Of a stretch of DNA of 64,000 nucleotides, positions 40,171 to 48,413 are shown piece after piece; within the stretch, counting starts at the first letter, position 1, and the number at the start of each line of letters is the position of its first letter. The notes beneath the pieces are model-generated. The model ran no database searches, had not been told where the DNA came from, and saw nothing but the letters and a program-made list of their open reading frames with translations. The stretch lies in IMG/VR virus record IMGVR_UViG_3300037319_000172, positions 1-64,000 of that record. One strand, written 5' to 3'. A program made the translations under genes and the position numbers. Source of the stretch: a virus.

Positions 40171-41010
40171 TTAAGAATGCATCATCCAATCCGTTCCTTC
40201 ATCGTTCTTTATTTCTTCAATTACTGCTTCTAATTCTCCTTCTCCTAATCCTTGTATAAGATCTGCATTTACTTGAATATTACCAGGTAATGTAAATCCG
40301 AATATTCCTAGTTTTTGACCTAAAGATATTTTAATCTTTGCAGAACAATACCTAAAAAATGCTTCATCACTAAATAGTGCACATTCTGGAATTGTTTCAT
40401 AAACTTCCAATATAATATCTTTCATAGGTGTTTCTCCTGTGAATTTTAATTCATGAGTTAGTTGATTGTAATTAAAACTTATCGGGTTATCTATAATTTG
40501 TCTGGCAAGATCGAAAAAACTTTCATTAATAACATAAGACTGTAAGTTTTCAGCAGCTCCTGCAATTCCAGCACCGCCGCTATAAGTTCCTTGCATCATC
40601 ATTCGCTCTACACTAAAATCACCCTTTTGAAAATCAACATCATTAGTTCCTCCAAAACGAGATCCTGCAGTAAAACAACCGTACACTGAATATATCTCAT
40701 TACCTCCCGTTGTTGTGTCAGGTCCCGGTAACGTAAACGATCTTGTCGCTTTGAATTTTTCAGAATCAAATAAAGAATGGGGTAATACCACAAAACTTTC
40801 TTTAACAGAATATTCATAGTTTTTATAAAACCATTTCTTTGCTCTTTTAATTATATTCTGAACTTCCTTCTTAGGCAGATTCATTGGAATCATACAAGAA
40901 CCTGTAACGTCTTCCGCTAATTCTAAAACAAATTCATTAAAACAATTTACGCCTGGTTCTACATCGTCTAACCATGATTCTTTACCTACAAAAATATTAC
41001 TCATTTTCAA
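40171..41010 (-). CDS. Neck protein (T4 gp13-like; probable start ATG at 41004)
   Basis: FNYNQLTHEL and KISLGQKLGIFGFTLPGNIQVN. Confidence 0.7.
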   Translation of the reverse strand: MKMSNIFVGKESWLDDVEPGVNCFNEFVLELAEDVTGSCMIPMNLPKKEVQNIIKRAKKWFYKNYEYSVKESFVVLPHSLFDSEKFKATRSFTLPGPDTTTGGNEIYSVYGCFTAGSRFGGTNDVDFQKGDFSVERMMMQGTYSGGAGIAGAAENLQSYVINESFFDLARQIIDNPISFNYNQLTHELKFTGETPMKDIILEVYETIPECALFSDEAFFRYCSAKIKISLGQKLGIFGFTLPGNIQVNADLIQGLGEGELEAVIEEIKNDEGTDWMMHS

Positions 41011-41019
41011 TTATTATTT

Positions 41020-42312
41020 TTAAACTTCAGTATACAGGATCTTTTCAGTTCCATCAAACTTCGCTAGTTTTTTATCGTATCTTCCTTCTCTAAATATTCC
41101 GCCTTCCATGGAACCTTTTAGTATTCCATCACCATATATATAACCATCTTTTATTTTGACACTTTGGTGAACGTAGCTACTTTTTATCTTTGAAGAAACT
41201 ATTTCGCAATTATCGTAAAAGTTACAGTTATTTAAATCGGAACCATCAATCTTACATCTAAATAAATCACAGTGATATAATTCTCCTCGAATTTGACATC
41301 CTATAAAATCATATCTTTCTAATTCCACACAGTATTGAAGTTCACCTTCACTTACTTGTACTTTACCAGTATCTGTATCATAGTTTATATGTCCTTTCAC
41401 TAAAGTACCGTGAGTAAATAATCTCATTACTCTTTCTTTAATGTTATCCCAGTGCAGATCTAGTATTTGAGCGTAGTTCTGTAAGTCAACTGTGAATTTT
41501 ACATTCTTCCATTCCTTTTCAATAAATCTCCAATCTTTCCTTGCATCTATAATCCTCTGGTTCTCAGAAAGTATTCTCTTTAACTCTAAAGCATTAAGTG
41601 GCGTAAAATGTTTATCCATAGTAGAATTCCAAAGTTGTATTAGGAATTGATCTAGCATGTGTAGTATTGTTGAAGTTTTCTTTTCCCAATCTGCTCCTCC
41701 GATATATCTGAACTCTAAATAGTTCTTATGTCTTTTGTCGAAGTTGATTCCGTAGTATTTTGAATCAGGGTAAATAAAGTTTTGTGAGTGTATATGTTCT
41801 CCGTTGAAGAAGCTCATACCTGTTTTCGGTAAAACAAACTTTACAGATTTAGCGTATGCTGAATCTTTTCTTTCTGGAAAGAATTTAAATACTTGATCTT
41901 CTTTAAAGTCAAGTATGAATTTAAGAACATTCATTTTAGAAATCCTGTACTTGTCTTCTATTTTGTTTTTGTCAAACGATAAATTTAAGTGAATTGACGT
42001 TCTGTCATTAGTATATCCGTTTTCTTTAATCCAACGACATACATTGATAATCATTAATCTTGCACCATAATATTCTTGTGGTCCGGTAACAAGCTCCATT
42101 AGCTTTTCACCACCGCTCATATCTGGTTCTATTTTGAATTCGTCAGCAGTAACTTCAAAGTCACTGTGTGCTTTTTTCTCTACTCTAATCTTTTTATTTA
42201 ATAAACCTGCAAGTTCTTTTGCAGTTTCATCAATCGTTAGATTTGAATAGAACTCGAATTCTACGCCGACAAGGCAGTTTTTTAGTACTTCTGAATCGTT
42301 AAATGTGTTCAT
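41020..42312 (-). CDS. Amidoligase (COOH-NH2 ligase family) with C-terminal beta-helix-like repeats
   Basis: GVEFEF, IEPDMSG, MELVTGP, SIHLNLS, KYYGINF and LEFRYIGG motifs. Confidence 0.75.
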   Translation of the reverse strand: MNTFNDSEVLKNCLVGVEFEFYSNLTIDETAKELAGLLNKKIRVEKKAHSDFEVTADEFKIEPDMSGGEKLMELVTGPQEYYGARLMIINVCRWIKENGYTNDRTSIHLNLSFDKNKIEDKYRISKMNVLKFILDFKEDQVFKFFPERKDSAYAKSVKFVLPKTGMSFFNGEHIHSQNFIYPDSKYYGINFDKRHKNYLEFRYIGGADWEKKTSTILHMLDQFLIQLWNSTMDKHFTPLNALELKRILSENQRIIDARKDWRFIEKEWKNVKFTVDLQNYAQILDLHWDNIKERVMRLFTHGTLVKGHINYDTDTGKVQVSEGELQYCVELERYDFIGCQIRGELYHCDLFRCKIDGSDLNNCNFYDNCEIVSSKIKSSYVHQSVKIKDGYIYGDGILKGSMEGGIFREGRYDKKLAKFDGTEKILYTEV

Positions 42313-42314
42313 TA

Positions 42315-42353
42315 TCGAATATATATTAAACTTAAGTTAGTTTATATATTCGA
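42315..42353 (-). promoter_or_regulatory. Hairpin overlapping a late promoter and abutting the start codon
   Basis: Perfect 11-bp inverted repeat TCGAATATATA/TATATATTCGA ending 2 nt before the amidoligase ATG. Confidence 0.6.
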
Positions 42354-42389
42354 GTTATATTATGATAATTATGGTTTAATCATATGTAA

Positions 42390-42584
42390 CTACCATCTTA
42401 GTAGTTTTTTCTCTAATGTATTTAATAAGGAAGACATCTTTTTTAAAGAAGCAACCGCAATCTTTTCCCTATTAATAATATTTTTATTAGATATTTCTAA
42501 ATGATCTATGTAGATTTCAAGATCTGCAATTAATTGCACTCTAGTTTCCTTGCCTATGTATTCTTTTCTATTTGGTCTTTCCAT
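42390..42584 (-). CDS. Hypothetical early protein
   Basis: 64 aa ORF downstream of the early promoter at 43210. Confidence 0.55.
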   Translation of the reverse strand: MERPNRKEYIGKETRVQLIADLEIYIDHLEISNKNIINREKIAVASLKKMSSLLNTLEKKLLRW

Positions 42585-42598
42585 TTAATTTATTTAAA

Positions 42599-42817
42599 CT
42601 ATCTTTCTAATATAACGTATTCTCCAAATGTATCATCAAATACTGATAATAGATTTTCGTAATCACCGCTCATCATTTTTTCAAGAATAGGTTCTACTGG
42701 TATATCTAAATCATTACAAAATCTTCTAGCATAGCTCATTAAAGCGTGTGCATTTCCATCAGGTCCTGTTAAATCTATTACTATTGGTCCTTCGTGTTTT
42801 TGTTTTTCTCTAATCAT
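42599..42817 (-). CDS. Conserved small phage protein
   Basis: IDLTGPDGNA...MMSGDYENLL motif recurrent in phages. Confidence 0.7.
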   Translation of the reverse strand: MIREKQKHEGPIVIDLTGPDGNAHALMSYARRFCNDLDIPVEPILEKMMSGDYENLLSVFDDTFGEYVILER

Positions 42818-43007
42818 TTTCTTCTAGTTTTTCTTCTTGTTTTTTTAGTTTTTTTAGCTCTTTTAATCTTTTCTTTCTTGTTTTTTTAGCATTTTTAATT
42901 AAAACCTTAATTATTTCCGATGCTGTATCAACAATGACGCTTACTAATAAATAGGCGAAGAATAATCTTAAAAAGTCGCTGGAAATGTAATCTAGTGATT
43001 CTTTCAT
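42810..43007 (-). CDS. Small single-pass membrane protein with basic tail
   Basis: FLRLFFAYLLVSVIV followed by a K-rich C-terminus. Confidence 0.55.
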   Translation of the reverse strand: MKESLDYISSDFLRLFFAYLLVSVIVDTASEIIKVLIKNAKKTRKKRLKELKKLKKQEEKLEEND

Positions 43008-43039
43008 TTTTTATTGTTTTAAAGTTATGTGTAATAATT

Positions 43040-43198
43040 TTAGCTAATTTTAGCAATATTGTATATTAAACAAGCGAATGCAATACCTGTAGAAAAAGAG
43101 CTCATCATAAGAGGTACTCTTTTTTCTTCTTCTGCTTTATAAATAGTATAAGCTGTATTAGCATTAAATAATAATAGTAATATCCAAACGTAAATCAT
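43040..43198 (-). CDS. 52 aa protein with two hydrophobic segments (absent from the ORF track)
   Basis: Manual translation MIYVWILLLLFNANTAYTIYKAEEEKRVPLMMSSFSTGIAFACLIYNIAKIS; first ATG after the early promoter. Confidence 0.6.
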   Translation of the reverse strand: MIYVWILLLLFNANTAYTIYKAEEEKRVPLMMSSFSTGIAFACLIYNIAKIS

Positions 43199-43209
43199 AA
43201 TTCTTTTGT

Positions 43210-43255
43210 TTATTAGTTATAGGTAAATATAATCAATTTAATTGATACCTTAAAA
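43210..43255 (-). promoter_or_regulatory. Early-type promoter
   Basis: TTTTAAGGTATCAATTAAATTGATTATATTTACCTATAACTAATAA, near-identical to 60367 and 61044. Confidence 0.75.
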
Positions 43256-43274
43256 CTCTTATGCAACTTATTTG

Positions 43275-43297
43275 TTATTTATACTCATTATAAACAA
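43275..43297. promoter_or_regulatory. Palindromic operator-like site (Fur-box-like)
   Basis: TTATTTATA-CTCAT-TATAAACAA; a second copy lies at 61109 with identical spacing to its promoter. Confidence 0.5.
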
Positions 43298-43298
43298 G

Positions 43299-43328
43299 AA
43301 GAGTCCAAACATAAATGAATGGACTCTT
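43299..43328 (-). terminator. Terminator hairpin after the S1 gene
   Basis: AAGAGTCCA/TGGACTCTT 9-bp inverted repeat. Confidence 0.6.
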
Positions 43329-43348
43329 ATTTTATATAAAATTAATGA

Positions 43349-44617
43349 TTATATCTTTAAGAAAATCTTTCTAGTTTCTGAATCAATTCTAGTAACTTGT
43401 ACTGTCATTTTATCTCCAGGCTTAATAGTATCTAAATCTACAATATCTTCAATTTCTGAGATATGTAATAGTCCAGCTACTCCTTTTTCAATATCTACAA
43501 AGATTCCATAATCTTTAACTGCTTTTACAGTTCCTACAACCTCACTAGGTGTTTTAATTCTGTCTGTGATTCCTTCCCATAGATCAACTACTGGTTTTGA
43601 ATCGATTTGAGTTAAAATAATCTTCTCATTAGATACAACTTCTTTAATCTTAAAGACAACTTCATCTCCAGGTTGGATTTCTCTACCTTTATGTGCCTTT
43701 AATAATTCAGGAGTTAAATCATTAACGTGAATCATTCCTGTTAAACATTCATCAAACTCTACAAATACTCCGTATTTAGCAGAACCTGTAACTTTACCGG
43801 TAATTTCTTGATTTAAGTTTTCTTGTAATGCTTCTATCTTAGAAGGTATCATCGCTTTTAAGTATTCTCTGTGAGATACTACAATAGTTCCTCTCTTTTC
43901 AGAAAAACTAACAGGTACTACATACATATTAGTTCCTACGATAGATTCGAAGTCTGCTAATTTATTAATTCCAGCCAAAGAGCCTGGCATAAAGCAATCA
44001 ATCCCTTGAATTGTTACAATGTAACCTCCTCCTGGAATCATTTGAGAAACTAATCCCATATAACCAGTTGAAGCCTCTTCGATAGATTCCATGATCTCAG
44101 CAACTACTGCTGATTTAACTCCAGCACTGATAGATCCTAAAACATATCCTTTAGATCCTCCCATTTGAAGAACCTGAATTTTAACATCAGCTCCAAATAC
44201 AAACAATCCTCTAACGCTTATTTCTTCTTTCAATACATTAACATATACACTTTCGCGATATCCAATATCTACTGAAACCCATTCTGCATTAATACTATCG
44301 ATTTTACCCGAGTATATTTTACCAACTTCAACTTGCATTTGCATTGGTCTAGATTCTTCATATCCATTTAATAGGTTTAAGAAATCCTGAGCATATGGTT
44401 CATGTGAATACACATTATGTTGTCCTGAATTTTTAAGACTTTTATTTATCTTTCTAGATCTAGAAGGACATGATGCTTGGTGAGCATCCCAGTCAAATTT
44501 TGAAGGTTCGACGTTTGCATTTTCTAAATATGCTAATTTGTCTGATTTTTTTACTGTTTGAGCTTCTGGTTTATCTGAAACCATACGTACTCTTGATACT
44601 TTAACGTCTTTTGACAT
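43349..44617 (-). CDS. rpsA: Phage-encoded ribosomal protein bS1 homologue (four S1 domains)
   Basis: VSVDIGYRE, IDCFMPGS...IVVSHR, KYGVFVEF..GMIHVNDL and DYGIFVDI..GLLHISEI; N-terminal FDWDA segment. Confidence 0.88.
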   Translation of the reverse strand: MSKDVKVSRVRMVSDKPEAQTVKKSDKLAYLENANVEPSKFDWDAHQASCPSRSRKINKSLKNSGQHNVYSHEPYAQDFLNLLNGYEESRPMQMQVEVGKIYSGKIDSINAEWVSVDIGYRESVYVNVLKEEISVRGLFVFGADVKIQVLQMGGSKGYVLGSISAGVKSAVVAEIMESIEEASTGYMGLVSQMIPGGGYIVTIQGIDCFMPGSLAGINKLADFESIVGTNMYVVPVSFSEKRGTIVVSHREYLKAMIPSKIEALQENLNQEITGKVTGSAKYGVFVEFDECLTGMIHVNDLTPELLKAHKGREIQPGDEVVFKIKEVVSNEKIILTQIDSKPVVDLWEGITDRIKTPSEVVGTVKAVKDYGIFVDIEKGVAGLLHISEIEDIVDLDTIKPGDKMTVQVTRIDSETRKIFLKI

Positions 44618-44671
44618 TGTTTTTTTAATTTAAGTAGTTAATAATTAATAATTGTTTTAGTATATATCTCT

Positions 44672-46459
44672 TTAAAATACAACCGGAATAAATCCTATCA
44701 TAGGAATTGGACCGACTGACGTTGATAATTGTCCTACATATATGAATTTAAAAGATAACAAATGTTTTGCACATACTGCTGCAATAGCGGCTGCAACTAA
44801 TTTAGTAGCAACTGGAATTCCAGGTGGTTTGTCAAATGATTTACCTGTGTTAAATGCTCTTCTTAATCCTGATGCAAGTTTTGATGTACTTCCGTAATAA
44901 ACTGGTATAAATGATCCTGGGCTTGGTATATTACAAGGCGTGACTGCAGGTGAAGCTTTAAATGGTTGAACTGCTGTTGATAACCAATATGCCTTTATCG
45001 CTTTTGCAATTGTGTCATATCCATCAGCTGAACCTTCTACGTCTTCTTCAGAATTTTCTTGATCTAGTTCATTAGCCCACTGTCGTTGTAGTTCTCTGAA
45101 TCTATCTCTTTCTTCTGCGTATTGTTCTTCTAGTTTTTTATTTATATTATTTCTAACACTATTATCTCTGGTTGCCTTTCCTTTATCATGTTTATGTATG
45201 TACACGAACTTACATATAAATTTATTAGTAAACCATTCAGGTAATTCAGTAGGCCTATCTTCATGTCCTTCTTGAAAAACATACTGATTTATAGTAGATT
45301 CTTTTTTATAAACTGGAATTACTTCAGTTAATTTATATCTATTGTCAACATTAGGATCCTCAGTTTCAGGAGTGTAATAGAATCCACTTCTATTTTCCTT
45401 TCTGTACTCTATCCTATTTTTATTGGCAATCTCTTTTATTTTATTGTATACCTTTCTACCAATAGTTTTGTCGTCTCCTTTTTTAATAGTATTAATCCAC
45501 TTATTAAATTCTGGAGTTCCGTTATTTTGAGCCATTACTCTGTCAACTAAAGAATCTATAATTTCTTCATCTGATAGTTCTGGTATTGGCATATGAGTTT
45601 CTGGTATTAAAGCCTCCAACTCTGTATTATTTTGAGGTTCTTCGTTAGAATCAATTACGTCGATATCTGTTATGTTTCCATCTAATCCTATTTTTATAGA
45701 TTTAGATTTATTAATTTCTTTTATAACAACTTCTCCTGTTGAATCTAAGATACTTACAAACTTATAAGTATATTTACCAGGATACGCGGGGATTTCAATA
45801 TCTAACATGCCCTCTGTTGTTGCTGATGTCAATACTTGTTCCTCTCCGTTGATCTGGTATTTTATTTTATATGATTGATTTTTATCGAAGTCTTTTATAG
45901 AAAATCTAGCGATGTTTGTTTTAATAGGTGCCGCTGAGTTTTCTTTATCTAAATTTCCTTGGTCTTTTATTAATTGAAAGTCTACGTTTGCAAAGAAATC
46001 TAATTCTTTATGTAATGGACATGTTGTTTCGAAAAATGGATAGAATTTGAATTTATCTAATCTATCTTTATTTTCAATTGCCCACTTCTCAAGTTCACAG
46101 TATGGATTGTAACTAAGATCTGGTTCTGGTAATGCATCAAATAAATCGGCATACTTTTCCGCAAGTAGCCTGTTTTTCATTTCTTCTGAGCTTTTAATCT
46201 CATTAAATATTTCCTGAAATCCTTTTTTAAAACCTTCTTCTAATACAGGCTTTTGACCTGATTCGTGTAAGTTACCAAAAGGTGTTTGTGATGTTTTAAC
46301 TGCGTCGAAATATTCTTGAGCTAATATCTTACTAAAATCCGTTAAATAGTTTTCATCGGGATTCTTACTCACGTCTGTATTTGGAGAAGATCCATCAATG
46401 TTTCCACTACTCATTTGAGTGGATATGTTTTTAATAAATATAGGCCAATTTGCCGGCAT
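44672..46459 (-). CDS. Baseplate-associated protein next to the gp5-like gene
   Basis: Hydrophobic N- and C-terminal blocks around a long charged middle; late promoter at 46480-46487. Confidence 0.5.
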   Translation of the reverse strand: MPANWPIFIKNISTQMSSGNIDGSSPNTDVSKNPDENYLTDFSKILAQEYFDAVKTSQTPFGNLHESGQKPVLEEGFKKGFQEIFNEIKSSEEMKNRLLAEKYADLFDALPEPDLSYNPYCELEKWAIENKDRLDKFKFYPFFETTCPLHKELDFFANVDFQLIKDQGNLDKENSAAPIKTNIARFSIKDFDKNQSYKIKYQINGEEQVLTSATTEGMLDIEIPAYPGKYTYKFVSILDSTGEVVIKEINKSKSIKIGLDGNITDIDVIDSNEEPQNNTELEALIPETHMPIPELSDEEIIDSLVDRVMAQNNGTPEFNKWINTIKKGDDKTIGRKVYNKIKEIANKNRIEYRKENRSGFYYTPETEDPNVDNRYKLTEVIPVYKKESTINQYVFQEGHEDRPTELPEWFTNKFICKFVYIHKHDKGKATRDNSVRNNINKKLEEQYAEERDRFRELQRQWANELDQENSEEDVEGSADGYDTIAKAIKAYWLSTAVQPFKASPAVTPCNIPSPGSFIPVYYGSTSKLASGLRRAFNTGKSFDKPPGIPVATKLVAAAIAAVCAKHLLSFKFIYVGQLSTSVGPIPMIGFIPVVF

Positions 46460-46491
46460 CTTAGTTAGGTTTTATAAAGTATTTATCCTAA

Positions 46492-47211
46492 TTATTTTCC
46501 AGTCTGTTGGTAATTAACATGTTCTGACTTTAAAGTTGCTATCGCTGAAACTGTAGGTGGCGTTGGAGGACCTGAAGGTCCTGTCCCTGTTGGATGAAAG
46601 TGTTTTTGATAATCATCTAGTAGATTATTTAACCATCCTTCTAATGAAACTCCTCTAACAGCTGGTTCAGATTCATCTTCATCTCCTTCTCCAGTATTAC
46701 TTAAGAATATGTTTCCTGAATCTAAAAATATCTTTTCAGTTGTTGAAATTTTAATAATGCCAGCTTCATCAATTTGTATCAAAGGTCTTTCTTTAGCACC
46801 ACTTCCTCTTGTTATTACCAAACCATCTTCGGGAGAATGATATATCCTTACATTCCTGACGGCGTCATATACTAATGAAACTACATCATGAGCTGCCTCT
46901 GACGGATCTAATATGTCTTCTTTTAATTCTTTATTTTGGTTTATCTGAAACCAATATTCAGGGTGGTATATGTTACCATTATCAAATCTTACAGCGACAA
47001 TATCACCAATACGAGGTACCATTTGTGAACCTACTGCGTCTCTATTCATTGCAGTCGCCCATGGAATAGATTCAGTTTCTAATAAGTCAAACTTACCATA
47101 CACTTTTACCCTGCATCTGCTTAAGTTTGAAGGATCTACATTATCAACCACTTCTCCTAACCAATGAGTTTCTCTAATATTGTCTTTTTCAAGTTCTTTA
47201 TCTGTTGCCAT
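46492..47211 (-). CDS. Baseplate central spike (gp5/gpV-like OB fold)
   Basis: GEVVDNVDP...RCRVKVYG...IPWA...VPRIGDIVAVRFDNG; C-terminal HFHPTGTGPSGPP. Confidence 0.85.
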   Translation of the reverse strand: MATDKELEKDNIRETHWLGEVVDNVDPSNLSRCRVKVYGKFDLLETESIPWATAMNRDAVGSQMVPRIGDIVAVRFDNGNIYHPEYWFQINQNKELKEDILDPSEAAHDVVSLVYDAVRNVRIYHSPEDGLVITRGSGAKERPLIQIDEAGIIKISTTEKIFLDSGNIFLSNTGEGDEDESEPAVRGVSLEGWLNNLLDDYQKHFHPTGTGPSGPPTPPTVSAIATLKSEHVNYQQTGK

Positions 47212-48386
47212 TAATCGTGTATATTACCTAATGATTTAGCTGCTGCGCTATTCAGCGCATCTCCTATTGTTTGATTTCCTCCAGAAGTTATTCCATGAAC
47301 ATTATCTGCTATTGCAGTCTGAACGCTATTTTGATTAGCAACTGGATTCGTTGCACTATCTACCCCTTGGACAAAATCTTTATACAAGTTGTTAACTCCA
47401 ACATTTAATCTACCTACTGTAGCGTTTCTAGCTTGCTGCTTTAATTCATTAACTCGGTTTATTGAAGTGTTTTTTAAATCTGTAACAGCTCTATCTGCGA
47501 ATGCCATACCCTTTTTAACAGCTTGATCCTTTAAATAATCTCCTATACCGTCTATTTGCTTGTTTTCAGTATCAGGTGCTGGTGATAAATCATCCTTATT
47601 AAATCTGCTTTCTACTATTCCATTTAAAACTCTAGATTCGATATCATATAAACCTTCATAGTTTATTGTTATTTCACCTGTTGCTGCGTCTGTTGGTGAT
47701 TTTTGTAAATCTGCAAATATACTAGTTCCTGATGTAAGATCGAATTCACAAAACTTAAGTGCAAACATAAAATAAGGTCTAGCACTAGATCCTGATATTC
47801 CAGCATTTGAATTTTCTACACCAATTGACGGTTTAAAATTATCTGGAAATCCATCTAAATCAACTCCACTTACTTTAGGGTTTGTCATATTTTTAATAGA
47901 TCTTACTTCAGTAACATAAACATACATTCTAAATTTTCTTAAATTACAAGGTAATACATAAGTCCATTTTCTTTCATCGAAAACTGCAACTCTATATAAG
48001 TGCATTAAACCTGATATTGTTAAATTGATAGATTCTAATGTTGTAATAACTAACTTAGCGTCGTCTCCTCCGAAATAAGCATTCATTGGGTTGTACTGCT
48101 GTAATCTTTCTAAACCAGAAAGACTTTGCCAAAACCAAGGCATTTCATTGTTAATATGTTTTAATGCTTTTTTAAAGTTTTGAAGTGCTTCTAATTTCTC
48201 TGTATAATAAGGACTACCGTTTGCCAGTTTAGCTAAAAAGTCCTCTGCTGGCTTTGATAAAAGAGGAGAGTTTGCAGCATCCGCAAAATCAAACAACATC
48301 AGAAACGACATATAAGTCGGATCTTGATAATCGTTCTTTGATTTTTTACCCTTTCTAAAATCTGCTATTTTCTTAAAATCTGACAT
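47211..48386 (-). CDS. Baseplate/tail tube-fold protein
   Basis: Located between the hub and spike genes; WFWQSLSGL and LVITTLES tube-fold-like strands. Confidence 0.45.
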   Translation of the reverse strand: MSDFKKIADFRKGKKSKNDYQDPTYMSFLMLFDFADAANSPLLSKPAEDFLAKLANGSPYYTEKLEALQNFKKALKHINNEMPWFWQSLSGLERLQQYNPMNAYFGGDDAKLVITTLESINLTISGLMHLYRVAVFDERKWTYVLPCNLRKFRMYVYVTEVRSIKNMTNPKVSGVDLDGFPDNFKPSIGVENSNAGISGSSARPYFMFALKFCEFDLTSGTSIFADLQKSPTDAATGEITINYEGLYDIESRVLNGIVESRFNKDDLSPAPDTENKQIDGIGDYLKDQAVKKGMAFADRAVTDLKNTSINRVNELKQQARNATVGRLNVGVNNLYKDFVQGVDSATNPVANQNSVQTAIADNVHGITSGGNQTIGDALNSAAAKSLGNIHD

Positions 48387-48413
48387 ATACTATTTATCTT
48401 GTTTTTATTAAGA

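Noticed and set aside
10419-40817. Short minus-strand ORFs nested out of frame in larger genes (10419, 28216, 33967, 37319, 40608)
   Set aside because: No promoter, motif or other support; consistent with chance frames
42354-42378. Possible middle promoter upstream of the amidoligase (TAAAC...TATAA)
   Set aside because: The spacer is 14 nt rather than 17
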